From: Anaeramoeba ignava BMAN
Lineage: Eukaryota; Protista; Anaeramoebae
Reading direction: 5' to 3'
Length of the DNA: 64,000 nt
Assembly: GCA_028826165.1 (NCBI GenBank)
Contig: JAPDFW010000069.1
Coordinates: forward strand, 248,001-312,000
A program made the translations under genes and the position numbers. Within the stretch, counting starts at the first letter, position 1; every line of letters starts with the position of its first letter. The notes below the pieces were generated by a model. That model searched no databases and was not told where the DNA came from. It saw only the letters and a list, made by a program, of their open reading frames with translations. Below are positions 1 to 14,333 of this stretch, piece by piece.

Positions 1-3000
1 CTTTGCAAAAAATTTAAACGCATATTTTGGATCTTTTCGACAAATATTCACATTGATAACTTTCAATAAAGAAATTGAATATTTAGTTGTTGTTTTCTGA
101 TCCTTATCTGGAGTGAATTTTTGCAAGAGATGTTCCAAAACAAAATCTAGTATTTTTGCTTTTGAATTTGAAACAGTGTCACTATCTTTTGTAGAATTAT
201 GAGATGATTTTTTTCCAAATAAACTTTTCCATAAAGAAGATAAAGAGGGAATGAGATAATTATCATTAAAAAACTCATTGCTCAATTCAATCATTGAATC
301 AAGTATATTTTTTGCCGATTCAATTTCTTTTGAAACAAAATGAGGGAAATTTCTTGTGAAATATCGAAGAAGTTGAACAATTCTAAATCTTGTTTGTTGC
401 TGAAGAAATTTGACTTTCTTTGAAATTTCCATGATAATTTGAGATGAATATTGAGGGAATTTTGGAGCGATTGAATCAAAGTATTTTTTTGCAAGATTAA
501 AATAAACATGTTGATTTGGATGAGTGATTGATGCAAGAACATTGAGACCTTCTTTTCCTGGATGAATTGGATTGTTTTTCAATTTGGATAATCCAATTAC
601 AAGATCGTGAGCAAATGATCGGATATTATTTTCTTCAGAATTGATATGAATTAGAATCAAAGCAAGTATTTTATGAATAGGAATCCCAATTTTTTCATCC
701 GAAATCCATTTGTCGGGATTTTCTTTAATATTTTGAACCAAAGCTTGAAAAAAATGGGTTAATTTTAATCTGGATGTTTCTTTTTCATTCATTATCAAAT
801 CAAAGGATTGATCCAAATAAAAATTACAGTGTTGAATGTTATTTTTCAGAAAGGAAAATAAGAAATATTGAATTTGTTGATCATCCAAATTGAGTTCTGT
901 TGCCAAACCGATTGCTTTGTTTAGAATTTCAAGTCCAATTTTTAATTCTTGATTTTCATTTTTGTAAAGATTTAGAAGAATTGCCAAAGAATTGAAAGAA
1001 TTTTGCAAAATTTTCTTCTTTTCTTCTTTATTCTGTATTTTTTTCAAAATGGATTCATCAAATAATTGGATTAAGAACATGATTATTGAATAAATTTGAT
1101 TTTGATTTTGATTTTGATTTTCATTTTTTTGGATTTTATCAAAATAAACTGAAGTGATCGAGACAAATATATCAAGATTATTTTTATTAGAAATATCCAA
1201 TTTTTCAACACCATTTTGTGTCCATTTCGAAAAAACACTATCCATAATTTCATTAAGTTCTTTTGATTCATTAACAAAAGAAACAGGAACTTTTTTAATA
1301 AATTCCAAAATCATTGGTAATAATGAATCTTGAATAGACTTGAGAATTGATGAGAATTTCTGCTGATTTCCTGATTCAACAAGTTTTTTTTCATAATCAG
1401 AAATGACTGAGAGGAAGATGAGAAAAGAATTTGGTTGCATATCAATGATGTGATTAATTGCTTCATTTCTTATACTTTCTTTATCAGAAAGAAGAAATCT
1501 AAGCGCAATAACAAAAAAATTGGAAAGTAAATTCAAATTGATTTCAGAATCAAATGTTTGGAACTCGACAAATTCTTTATCAATTTCGAACTTTGTATTT
1601 CGTGTGATTTGTGGCGAGGTATTTAATTCTTCCTTTGGAATATTTGTTGATTCGTATTCTGAAGATTTGGATAAATTTCTCCCACTTTCAGAATCTGTTT
1701 TTGTTAAGAGCATCAAAGTGTCTCTGCGATTTGGTTTTATTTGATGTTTTTCTGTAATTTTTTCAAAAGGAAATACTTGAATCAATTTTTTGATACTGTG
1801 AGTTGAAACATCCACAATTGAGCACAAAAAATGGAATTGATTCCAAATCAATTTGGATAAACCTGATTGTAATGAATCAGGATATGAAAGGAAAGTGTGA
1901 GTGTTTATTGAGTTAATGAAGTATTGACACAAAGAATTCCAAGCGTAATTAAAAGAATATGAATATTCTGAATAATTTGAATGAATAAATTGAAAAAGTT
2001 GATTTTGCTCCAAATTTTCTATTGTATTGATACAAGCATCTGCAAGATACGGAATATCACCCAAAAAAGAGTTTTTTTCATATTCAGTTTCTGAGTATTC
2101 AGTATCTGTTACTTCTGGTTCTGAACTATCGAATATTTGGATCAATTGATTTTCGAAGTTTTGAAATTGTGAGTTGTGGAATGTGCTCATCAGTCTTGAA
2201 ATTTCCATCCCAATCCAAATCTCTGGACATGAAAGCCAAAGTAGACAACATGCCTCGAATTGTATTCGCAATGAGACCCATGTTTTCAGAGATATTGATG
2301 GATTGTGTGATTCTGATGTTTTCAGATTGGCTTGAAATGATGTGATAATGAAACTGAGTTGTTGAGAAAGTTTGAAAAAACTTGCGAAATTATCTTGGAT
2401 TTTGATGCTGACTTCAATAAAATGGCCAATATTTTCAAAAATTTTCAACATGAGTTTAAAAATGTAGTTGAACATTTTGCTACTTTGAGAAGGATCTTTG
2501 GAAATCATTTTCTGCAAACCAAGAAATGCGAAATTCGAAATTTCTCTGTTATCATGAAGAGTAAGTTCCACAAGATTTTGGATAATAATTGCGTTTTCTT
2601 CCTCTTTTTGTGAGCATATACATGGGAAAGTGCTGAGAGATGCAGCTACAAGCATTTCATTGAGTTGAATTTGTGGCAAAGGTATGTTTTTAGTTGAGAG
2701 TTGTTCATCATATGTATTGTTGATTAATTTTCGAGGTTCAAGTAAAATGCTGGAAATTAACGGGAATATTTCTTTGTTCTCACTTAAATATTTACTGTGT
2801 TTTTCAACTAATAATCCAAGTGATTTCACAATTGCAATTTTGTAATCAAATCTCAATTCAGGATTTTTCAAATGCTCAATAATGATTTCAAGTGTTGTAT
2901 CAATTTTCTTTTCTCCCATTGTTGATATTGTTGTTGAAATCAATTCAATTTCTTCATTGTTTATTTGTGTTGTTTTTTTAGTTATATTTGGGAGTAAAAA

Positions 3001-5531
3001 TAAGATGAATGATTTTGTCATATTTATGAAAGTTTTGCTGTCAGACTCAATAAATTCATTTGCTAAATTATGATAAAATTTATTTGCAAGTTGTAAATAT
3101 GTGATTCTTAAAGTTGGATTATTTTTAATTGAGTTTGAAATTGTTGATAAAAGATCTGATATTTTGCTGATATTTTTTTCATTTTCATTTTGATTTTTGA
3201 TTTTTGATTTTGATTTTGATTTTTCAATTTGAATTGTTGGAAATCAAGAAGATCAATTGCACAATGATAACAAAAAATCATGTGTTTAGTTTTTTTGCTC
3301 CATTTCAAAACAATATTATAGCATTTCTCAAGTGAATCCATAAAATTTTGATATAAATTAAGATATTCTTTTTGAAGATTTAAAATATTTTCTGTTTTTT
3401 GATTTTGAGTTTTTGAATCATCATTGATTTGAGGGAAAAAACGATGAGAAAATTCAGACAAAGTTTTGCAAGCTTCTTTTCGATGAACTCCTCTATCAAT
3501 TTTTCCTAGTATTGTAATATAGCTATCGAGGAATTTTAATGTTAAATTTGCTCTAACTGAATTTGCAATTTCAAATTTTAAGCATTTAATAGCTTTTTCA
3601 TAAGTGACAAGTGAACGTGCATTTTTTCTTGATGTTGGTTTTATTTGAGTTAAAAATAATGAGGAAAGCATTTGGAAATGATCATCATATTCTGTTAAAG
3701 AGCCTAAGCATTGACCTGCTATAAATCTTACAGCTATTATTTATATTTTATAAAGAGATTTTGAGTTTGTTTGTTTGTTTTTTAAATAAAATTAATTTCA
3801 AACCTTTAGAATATATTAATTCAAGATGAGAAGATATTGATTCAATGAGTTCTTGTGAAACTATTGAAAATTCATTTGATTTATTATTTTGGATCATTGT
3901 TTCGAAAGATAAGTAAAGAGTTTGTAAAATGAAATATTTTGAAGTATTTTCTCTATGATCCTAATATTTTTGATTTAAATATTTATTTTGAATTAAATAT
4001 TTATTTTGGATTAAATATTTATTTTGAATTAAATATTTATTTTGAATTAAATATTTATTTTGAATTAAATAAATTAAATATTTATTTTGAATTAAATATT
4101 TATTTTGAATTAAATATTTATTTTGAATTAAATATATATTTTAAATTAAATATATATTTTGAATTAAATATTTATTTTGAATTAAATATTTATTTTGAAT
4201 TAAATATTTATTTTGAATTAAATATATATTTTGAATTAAATATTTATTTTGAATTAAATATTAATTTTAAATTAAATATTTATTTTTGAATCAAATATTA
4301 TATATTTTGAATTAAATATTTATTTTGAATTAAAGTTTATTTTGAATTAAATATTTATTTTTTGGATTTTTAAAATATTTATTTTTGAATTAAATAAATT
4401 TTATTTTATATATTTTTGATTTAAATATTTATTTTGGATTTAAAAATATATATTTTTTGGATTAAATATTTATTTTGAATTAAATATTTATTTTGGATTT
4501 TAAATATTTTATTTTGATTTAAATATTTATTTTTGATTTTTTAAAAATATTTATATTTTGATTTAAATATTTATTTTGATTTAAATATTTATTTTGATTT
4601 AAATATTTATTTTGAATTAAATATTTATTTTGAATTAAATATATATTTTGAATTAAATATTTATTTTGGATTAAATATTTATTTTGGATTAAATATATAT
4701 TTTGAATTAAATATTTATTTTGAATTAAATATTTATTTTGGATTAAATATATATTTTGAATTAAATATTTATTTTGAATTAAATATTTATTTTGGATTTA
4801 ATATTTATTTTGAATTAAATATATATTTTGAATTAAATATTTATTTTGAATTAAATATATATTTTGAATTAAATATTTATTTTGAATTAAATATATATTT
4901 TGAATTAAATATTTATTTTGAATTAAATATTTATTTTGATTAAAATTTAATTAAATATTTATTTTGAATTAAATATTAATTTAAATTTTATTTGAATTAA
5001 ATATATATTTTGAATTAAATATTTATTTTGATTTTGATTTTGAATTTGATTTTAAATATTGATCGCTAAAATAACCTCAATTGTTTCATTCGCATCTTGT
5101 GTTGAAGGAAGAATAATTTTGGATTTTGATTTTGATTTTTTTAAATTATTAATTCTAAAAGGATCAAGATCAATTATTGGAGTAAATTCTGTAATAATTA
5201 ATTTAAAATAATTTATAGATGAATTAACAATCTTTTTTTGAAGAATTCCTAATGTTTTTTCAATTTCTATTTGAGAAAAATTTGTCTCAATCTTTTTTAT
5301 TTAAAATTTTAAAACTTTTAAATTTAAAAATTCGAAATTAAAATTTTTTAAAATTATTTTTACGTTTGAAACATTTGAAAAAGCTTTAGAAAAATTTTTT
5401 TGAGCAATTTCTTTTATTTTCTCTTTTATTGATTGATCATTTTCTTCAAATACTTTTACAAGTAAAAAAGAATGTGTTTGAATAATTAAATTTTCAACAA
5501 TTTTTAAAGATTCATTTTTAATAGAATTCAT
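1..5531 (-). CDS. Furry/TAO3/MOR2-PAG1-like HEAT/ARM scaffold, 3' partial (runs off the window start)
   Basis: ATG 5531; GT-AG introns at about 5294-5363, 3961-5075 and about 3733-3803. The same frame is used at 3180 and at 660-1; the interval between was not fully translated. Frameshift in an (aatcaa)n run at about 3195-3215. Segments IAGQCLGSLTE..SLVTYEKAIKCLKF..LKFLDSY..RKEACKTLSEF and IAPKFPQYSSQIIMEISKKV..RIVQLLRYFTRNF resemble the Furry layout. Confidence 0.6.
3961..5075. repeat. Intron filled with an 18-bp tandem repeat (ttaaatatttattttgaa)n
   Basis: Unit directly visible in dozens of copies between the GT and AG of the Furry-like intron; explains the spurious ELNIYF ORF. Confidence 0.9.
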
Positions 5532-5682
5532 AATTTATTTTTATTTTAATTTAATGAAAAAAAAATGAAAAAAAAATGAAAAAAAATACAAAATTATTTT
5601 TTTCATTTTTTTTTTATTAAATCTTTTTATTTTTATTATGGCTCATGATTTTAAACAATTTCTCAGTTTTAGAAAAAAAAAA

Positions 5683-8383
5683 ATGCAAAAAAATGCAAAT
5701 CCTTTAATTCTGTAATTTAAATTTAAAAATAAAATGAGAATTTTAATTAAATAAAATAAAATAAAATTAAACTTTTAAATTAATAAAAAAAAAAGTGCCA
5801 AAGATGATCAATTTCTTCAATCCAAAAAAGATAATACAAAATTACAAAACAATGACTTTTCAGAAAAAGACAAAAACAAAAACAAAAACAAAGACAAAAA
5901 CAAAAGCAAAGAAACAGAAGACATTTACAATCAAAAAAAATCAAGAACATTTTTTCATCCTTTTTCAAAATCAAAATCCAAATCAAAATCCAAATCAAAA
6001 TCAAATTTAAAACAAAATGAAGAAATTCAAAAAGATATTAATGAAGATTCACAATCAAAAAAAGAAAAAAAATCAACATTTGGATTTATGAAGAATTTTG
6101 TTAAAAAAATGAAAAAGAATGAAGAAAAAACAGAACAAAAAACAATTCAACCAAAAATAACGGAAAATAATCAATCAAATATTTTATTAAATGAACAAAC
6201 TTTTCCAAAAATTACTCAAAAAATCCCAATTTCAAAAACAGAAAAACAAGAAGAATCTGAACAACAAAATATTGAAGAAAATCCAGAATTTTTAAGAAAA
6301 CTTAGAAACGAAAGAAATCGAGAAAGAAATCGAGAACAAAATCGAAGTCTTGATTTATTTATGGAAGAAAAATTGAAAAAAATTCAGAAAGAGTATGGAA
6401 ATGAAAAATCAAAATTTCAATCAAATTTAAGATTTGAAAACAATTTACAAGAAAATGATTTAAAAGAGAATTTAAAAGAGAATTTAAAAGAGAATTTAAA
6501 AGAGAATTTAAAAGAGAATTTAAAAGAAAATTTAAAAGAGAATTTAAAAGAAAATTTAAAAGAAAATTTAAAAGGAAATGAATTTGAAGAAAATGAATTT
6601 GAAGATTTTATTATTCAATCACCAGAAAATGAAAATGAAAATCAAAATCAAAATGAAAATCAAAATGAAAATGAAAATCAAAATCAAAATCAAAATGAAA
6701 ATGAAAATCAAAATGAAAATGAAAATCAAAATGAAAATCAAAATGAAAATCAAAATGAAAATGAAAATCAAATTCAAAATCAAAATGAAAATGAAAATCA
6801 AATTCAAAATGAAAATGAAAATGAAAATGAAAATCAAAATGAAAATGAAAATGAAAATCAAATTCAAAATCAAAATAAAAATCAAAATGAAAATCAAATT
6901 CAAAATAAAATTCAAAATAAAATTCAAAATAAAATTCAAAATCATGGAAACAAACGTAGTAAATCTTCAAATTATTCTACAATTCAAATCCAAAAAAAAA
7001 ATCAAAATCAAAATCAAAATGAAAATCAAAATGAACTTAATAAATCTGAAAATTTTGATAAAATTCAAAAAGGAAAAACAATCAATGAAATTTTAACACT
7101 CAAATCTGAAAATTTAAACCAAATTCAAACAAAATCAACATTTATTGATGATAAATCAATTCAATCTGAAAATATTGAAGATAAATCAATCAAAAACCGA
7201 AATAAAAATAAATCAAAAAAAGAATTTGAACATGGAAAAAATGAAGAAAATTTTAAACAAGAATCTCAACCAAAATATTCATCAAAAAAAAGTAATTTCT
7301 TTGATGATGAAGATGAACAACTTTTTGGATTTAGTAGTCACATTTTAAGTGAAAAAAATAATTCCACTAGAATAAAAGAAACGAAAAATGAAGAAATATT
7401 AAATTCAGAGGAATTAAGATTATTAAATCAATTAGCAATTGAAAAAAAGAAGAAACCAAAGTTAGAAAAACAAAAAGATAATTGGAATAAATATTCACAG
7501 TAAAAAAAAATATTCAAAAAAAAAAATATTCAAAAAAACAAAATTTATAAATTTTCTTTTTAAATTAAAATCAAGTCTACATTTTGAACCAGAAAAACAA
7601 AATCCATGGATTGTTGAAAAAACACCAACAGAAAAGAAAATTGATTCAATTTCTGATTCTGTTATTGATAATGCATACTCAATTTCACAAATGCAAAAAT
7701 CAATGGGTAAATTTGCACAAGAATTAGAAGAAAAATGGACAAATTTCGAACAAAGATTGGAAAATCTTGAAGATAGATTTACAAAATTAGAAGATCATAT
7801 TATTTATTTTTCTCGTGAATTTGAATCTTCACAACAAAGTATTTCAAAAATTAATATTAATTTGGAAGCAAAAATGAGATCTTTTGAAAATGATTTGAAT
7901 CAAAAATCAACAACAAAGAAGTTTTTATCAGAAAAAAGTTGGTTATTTCTTGAACTTTTACTTTGGTTGTAAATTAAATTATTTTTTTTAAAGAAAAAAA
8001 AAAGTGGAACAAAATTTTAACAAATTATTTTTTTTATATTAAAAAGAGGAACATGGATTTTATGGATTTTTGTTTCCGTTTATTATTTAATCAAAAAATA
8101 TATATTTCGAGTTTCTGATACAAATCCAGTTTCACAAGTTAATTTGAAAAAAATTCTTAGTTTGAGAAAATCTAATTTAATTCATAAATTTTCTTCAAGT
8201 AATGAAGATGAAATTCCTTTAATTGAAGATGAAAAAAAAGGATCTAAATTAATTCAACAAGATTCTTTAGCAATTGAAAAAAATAATTCAAATGTTAATT
8301 TAAATCAAATTGATGGAATTGATAATTGGGATCAACATAAAACTTTTGAAACAATAAGAGATAAAATGTTTGAAAAAAAATAA
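5683..8383 (+). CDS. Low-complexity (NQ/NE, LKEN) protein with C-terminal coiled coil and transmembrane helix; function unknown
   Basis: ATG 5683 (MQKNANPLI); phase-consistent GT-AG introns 5712-5795, 7500-7575 and 7969-8046 join ORFs 6088, 7691 and 8144. The hydrophobic stretch WLFLELLLWLGTWILWIFVSVYYLI spans the last junction. Confidence 0.7.
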
Positions 8384-8628
8384 TTGAGAAAAAGAAATTT
8401 TATTTGACCATTTTTTTTAAGGAATGATTATTAAAAAAAAAAAATGTAAAAAAATATTGTCTGTTTGTTTGTTTGTTTTTTTTTTTGATCTGAATTCTAT
8501 TTGGAAAGAAGAAGAACAATTCAGAACAAAGAAAGAAAGAAAGTGAAAAAAAAAATTTGTATACAATCCATTCAATCCAAAAAGTTAAATTTTTGAATTT
8601 TTCTTTTTCTTTTTCTTCTTCTTTTTTT

Positions 8629-11513
8629 TTAATAATAATAATTTCTTTTTTTTTGTATTCCCACTAAAAAATTAAAAAATTAAAATTAAAATTAAAAAAT
8701 TAAAATTTAAATAATTAAAATTTAAATAATTAAATAATTAAATATTTACAATTAGGAGTTATTGAAATTTCAATTTGTTGAATTGCTCGTTTTCTTTGAA
8801 CATCAAAATTTTGACCATGTTGAAAATTTTTATGAGGAAGAAATTCTTGATTTCGAGAACGAACAACAATTTCTTGATTTTCGATTTTTCGAGCTTCAAA
8901 ACTTTTTCTTTGAGAATTATTAAAATTTTGTTTATATTGATTTTGATTTTGATTTTGATTTTGATTTTGATTTTGATTTTTAAATTGATTTTGATTTTTA
9001 TATTGATTTTGATTTTGTTTATATTGATTTTGATTTTGAAATTGAATTTGATTTTGAATTTGATTTTGATTTTGAATTTGGTTTTGATTTTGATTTTGAT
9101 TTTGAATTTGGTTTTGAATTTGATTTTGAATTTGATTTTGAATTTGATTTTGATTTTCATTTTGATTTTTGATTTGATTTTGTTGATTAATGTTTTTTTG
9201 TTCCAAATTTGATTTTGGTTGAATATCATTGAATTTATTTAGTCTTTTGAGTTTTCTTTCACGAGAATCAAATTCAGGAAGTGTTGAAATAATTTTACTT
9301 TTTGAAGGAGAATTAGAAACATTAGTTGGAGTATTTTCATTTTGATTTAAATTTTGATTTTGATTTTGATTTAAATTTTGATTTTGATTTTGATTTAAAA
9401 TTTGATTTTGATTTGGATTTGAATTTAAATTTAAATTTTGATTTTGATTTAAATTTTGATTTTGATTTTGATAATCTTCTTGAATATTTGATTTGGAATC
9501 ATGAAAATCAACATTTTTATCAATAAATGAAGTTTTGAAACTAGAATTATCATATATATTGTGATTTGGAGATGGACTAAGACTATAATTTCTAGTTTCT
9601 TTTTCTTGTAAAAAATTAGAATGTGAATCTCTTCTTTCAAAAGAATGATGTCTTGAATGTTCTTTTGAAGAATGTGTATTTGGAGATTTTTGATAAACTC
9701 TTGAGTAATCATTTTCTATGTAATCTGTGTGAGAATTATAATTTCTATTTTGATCTTTTTCATTTGAATAATAATATTTATCTTTTTCATTTTGTTTTTC
9801 TCTTTCAATTTGATATTGATATTTTTCTCTTTCTCTTTCTCTTTCTCTTTCTCTTAGTTCGTCTTCTCTTGAATAATAATCATGATACACACGAGGCTTA
9901 TATTGACGATTACGATATTCATCATGATATTTATGGTTATGGTATTTGTCATGATATTTATTATTATGATATTTGTCATAATATTTATCACTATAAATAT
10001 CATGATATTTTTCTTTTTTGATTTGTTCTTCTCTTCTTCTTCTTTCTATTTCTTCTTTTCTTATTCTTTCTTCTTCTTCTCTTCTTCTTCTTTCTATTTC
10101 TTCTTTCCTTATTCTTTCTTCTTCTTCTTTTCCTTATTCTTTCGATTTCTTCTTTTCTTATTCTTTCGATTTCTTCTTTTCTTATTCTTTCTTCTTCTTC
10201 TTTCCTTATTCTTTCTTCTTCTTCTTTTCTTATTCTTTCGATTTCTTCTTTTCTTATTCTTTCGATTTCTTCTTCTCTTCTTCTTCTTTCTCTTTCTCTT
10301 TCCTTTTCTTCTTTTCTTCTTCTTTCTCTTTCTCTTTCTTTTTCTTTTTCTTTTTCTTTTCTCTTCGACTCGAATTTTCAGGAGAATATCTTGATTCGTC
10401 ATATTTCTTTGGTTCAACATAATTTGGATCATCTTTTCTTTCACTATATTTATGATTAATCTCATAATGATCACCTCTTTCATGAAACTGAGGAATATAA
10501 ACATCTCTATTGTTTCTATTTCTTCTATAATGAGTATTTTCTCTTAAAGGATGAGCATTGTAATTTCTTTGCTCATTACGATGGTTATAACGGTTTGAAA
10601 ATCTATTATCATTTCGATGAGGATAATTATATTCATCACGAATATCATAAGTGTCTCCATATATTTGATGATTGCGCGGGTTTCCGCGTTCTTGATAACG
10701 ACGACGAGTATGATCATAGTTGTGAGTATGAGGATGAGTTTCCTTGTCTCTTACTTCTTCTCTCTCGAAGTGATGTCGATGATCATAGTCATCGTTGTTT
10801 GGGTAATGATCCATTTGTTGTGGATCATTTGGATCTTGAAGTTGTTGATCATCATAAACTTTGTTGTATATCTTTTCCTGATACTGTAAGTCATTAAATT
10901 CCGAATGAAATGGGTTGTAAGAATCAGTATATGCGTTATCTAAAGGTTGATATGTGTTTTGATTTTCGTATTGTTGATAATTGTATTGATTTTTTTCATA
11001 TTCAATTTCTGTTGGTGATATTGGTCTATATTCTTTATATTCTTTATATTCTTTATATTCTTTATATTCTTCATATTCTTCTGTTGGGTTTATTTCTGTG
11101 GTAATTAGTGCATTTTCGTAATTTCGATGTTCTTCTCCTTCATAAATTACTTCAATTACTTCTCCATTTATTTCTTTTTTGTTTAATGAATTAATTGCTA
11201 AATCGCATTGTTCTAAACTTTGGTATTCCTTTTAATTTTCAAAATTAATTTTTAAATGAATTTTAAAATGAATTTTTTAAATGAATTTTAATTTTAATTT
11301 TAATTTTAATTTTAATATAAATTTTTTAAATGAATTTTAATATAAATTTTTAAATAAATTTTAAATGAATTTTTTGGTGATTATTACAATGATTGTAAAT
11401 GGTCGACTTTCATTTTCAATAACAAGCCTAGTTATTGTTCCAAATTGTTCAAATAAATGAACAATTTCTGATTCAGAAAGATGTTTTAAATTGTAAGCAA
11501 TAATTTGTGGCAT
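8629..11513 (-). CDS. RRM-containing protein with R/E/H/Y-rich and NQ-rich low-complexity regions
   Basis: ATG 11513: MPQIIAYNLKHLSESEIVHLFEQFGTITRLVI..FTII|EYQSLEQCDLAINSLNKKEINGEVIEV fits an RRM. Introns 11229-11387 and 8664-8749. A 1-nt homopolymer frameshift at about 10340-10360 restores the EEIERIRKEE repeats. Confidence 0.7.
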
Positions 11514-11860
11514 TTAAAGAAAAAAAAAAAAGAATTTGAAATAAATTTTTTTTTTTTGAAATTAAATTAAAATTAAATTAAATTTAATAATAAAAATAAT
11601 CTGTTTTTGATTTTTTAAATTGTTTTCTTTTTATAATTAAAATAATTAGAAAAGAAAAAAAATGAAAAAAAAATAAAAAAAATAAAAAAAAAATGGAAAA
11701 AATAATTTTTTAAAATAATTAATAATTTATTTAATTAAATTAATAATTTTATTTTTTTTTTTATTTAAAAAATTTTTTTTTTCATTTTTTTTTCATTTTT
11801 TTCAATTCAAAAATTTAAAAAAAAAAAAAAAATATTAATAATAAAAATAATAAATTAATA

Positions 11861-13410
11861 ATGTCAATGCAACAACATCATGAAGGAGAAAGAAATTTAC
11901 TTAAGATAGACACACAAAAAGCAAGAGAATATGAAGAGAAAGAAAGTGAAGTATTTAAAGCAAGAGCTAAAATGTTTCGATTTGAAAAAACTGAGAATAA
12001 ATGGAAAGAAAGAGGAGTTGGAGATATTAGATTATTAAAACATGCAGATACAAAAATATCACGTGTTCTTATGAGAAGAGATAAAACTCTAAAAGTTTGT
12101 GCAAATCATTATCGTAAGTTTTAATAAAATTATTTCCGTTTTTTTTTTATAATTTTTTTTTCGCTTTTTTTTTTTAATTTTTTAATTTTTTATTAATTTT
12201 TTATTATTTTTTTATTATTTTTTTATTAGCAAGTGGTCATATGAAATTAGAAGCAAGTATGGGAGGTGAAAAAACTTGGGTTTATCAAGCAAAAGATTAT
12301 TCAGATGGTGTTTCAAAAGATGAAGTTCTTGCTATTCGATTTACAACTGCTGAAAGTTTGGAATTAAAAATTTAAAATTAAAATTGATTTATAGTTGAAA
12401 TTTGAATTAAAATTAAAATTAAAATTAAAATTAAAATTAAAATTAAAATTAAAATTAAAAATTAAAATTAAAATTAAAATTAAAATTAAAATTAAAATTA
12501 AAAATTAAAATTAAAATTAAAATTAAAAATTAAAATTAAAATTAAAATTAAAATTAATATTAAAATTAAAATTAAAATTAAAATTAAAATTATAATTAAA
12601 ATTAAAATTAAAATTAAAATTAATATTATAATTAAAATTAAAATTGAAATTAAAATTGAAATTGAAATTAAAATTGAAATTGAAATTAAAATTGAAATTA
12701 AAATTAAAATTAAAATTAAAATTAAAATTAAAATTCAAATTCAATTATAGTTTGAAATTTGAATTAAAATTAAAATTAAAATTGAAATTAAAATTAATAT
12801 TAATATTAAAATCAAAATTAAAAATCAAAATTAAAAATTAAAATTAAAATTAAAATTAAAATTAATTTATAAAATTAAAATTAAAATTAAAATTAAAATT
12901 AAAATTAAAATTAAAATTAAAATTAAAATTAAAATTAAAATTAAAATTAAAATTAAAATTAAAATTAAAATTAAAATTAAAATTAAAATTAAAATTAAAA
13001 TTAAAATTAAAATTAAAATTAAAATTGAAATTGAAATTAATATTATAATTAAAATTATTAAAATTAATATTAAAATTAAAATTGAAATTAAAATTAAAAT
13101 TAAAATTAAAATTAAAATTAAAATTAAAATTAAAATTAAATTTAAAATTAAAACTAAAATTGAAATTAAAATTAAAATTATAATTAAATTCGGATCTTTT
13201 TATTTTTGAATTTAAAAAGTTGCTCAAGATTTTAAAAAACAATTTGAAGTATGTGCAAAAGAAAATGAAGAAGAATGGTCAAAAATAAAGGAAGATGATA
13301 AAAAAGAAGAAAAGAAAGAAGATGATAAAAAAGAAGAAAAGAAAGAAGATGATAAAAAAGAAGAAAAGAAAGAAGATGATAAAAAAGAAGAAAAGAAAGA
13401 AGAAGATAAA

Positions 13411-13441
<31 letters not shown>

Positions 13442-13518
13442 AAGAAAAGAAAGAAGATGATAAAAAAGAAGAAGATAAAAAAGAAGAAGATAAAAAAGAA
13501 GAAAAGAAAGAAAATTAA
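11861..13518 (+). CDS. RANBP1: Ran-binding protein 1 (RanBD) with charged KKEE tail
   Basis: RAKMFRF..WKERGVGDIRLL..RVLMRRDKTLKVCANHY..TWVY..DYSDG..LAIRF..AQDFKKQFE. Exons 11861-12113, 12230-12355 and 13220-13518, all GT-AG. Confidence 0.93.
12356..13219. repeat. Intronic (aaaatt)n hexamer microsatellite
   Basis: Directly visible; the same hexamer fills Nup155 introns 2-3 and Arf6 intron 2 on the sense strand. Confidence 0.9.
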
Positions 13519-13941
13519 AAAAGATGATCATAAAAATGAAAATATCAAAAAAATTTCACATTAAATTCTTCATTTCATCAAATTATCTTCTTCTTCTCTT
13601 TTTTGGAAAATGCTTAACAGAACTAATAAAATTACATCTTCTAATCAATTTCTTTTAAATTTCATTTTTTTTCTTTTTCTTCTAAAATTTTCTTTTTAAT
13701 TTTTTTCTCTTTAATTTAGAAAAAAAAATAAAAATAAAAATAAAAAAAAACAATAATAAATTTTTTTAAATTTTTATTTGTAAATTTGTTTTGGTTTTTG
13801 TTTTTAATTTTGTAATTGAAATTTTTAATTAAAAATTCAGTTTCTTTTTTTTAAAAATAAACTGAAAAAAAATTTTGTTTTGTTTTTTGTTTCTTTTTCA
13901 TGTTTTAAAATTGTAATTAAAATTAAAATTTGTAATTAAAA

Positions 13942-14166
13942 TTAAAATCCAGGAAGAAAAGATGGACTTAAAGTTTTTGAAAGTGCTAAAAATTTAAATA
14001 AAAAATTTAAATAAAAAAATTTAAATTAAAAAATTTTAAATTATTAAAAAAATTTTATTTTACTTTTTGCTTTTTCTCTATCAGGTAATAATAATCCTGC
14101 AAATAAAAAGAATAATGCAATTAATAAGAAAAGTTTTCTTAATGTTTCAAATTTAAGTGAACCCAT
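13942..14166 (-). CDS. 48-aa single-pass membrane microprotein (two exons)
   Basis: ATG 14166, GT-AG intron 13986-14063, stop 13942: MGSLKFETLRKLFLLIALFFLFAGLLLPDREKAKTLSKTLSPSFLPGF. Minus-strand TTTCATTTT motifs at about 14187-14210; both exons are GC-richer than their flanks. Confidence 0.65.
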
Positions 14167-14333
14167 TTTAAAAAAAGAAATAAAAAAATGAAAAAAAAAA
14201 TGAAAAAAAATTTTTATTCATTTTTTTTCTTTTTTTCTTTTTAAAAAATTATAATAAAAAAAAAAGAAAAAAAAAATTTTTTTAAATAAAAATAGAATTT
14301 AAAAATAAAAATAATAAAAATTTATTATTTAAA

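Noticed and set aside
5638-5670. Alternative first exon from ATG 5638 needing a non-canonical junction
   Set aside because: ATG 5683 with donor 5712 gives a canonical in-phase intron.
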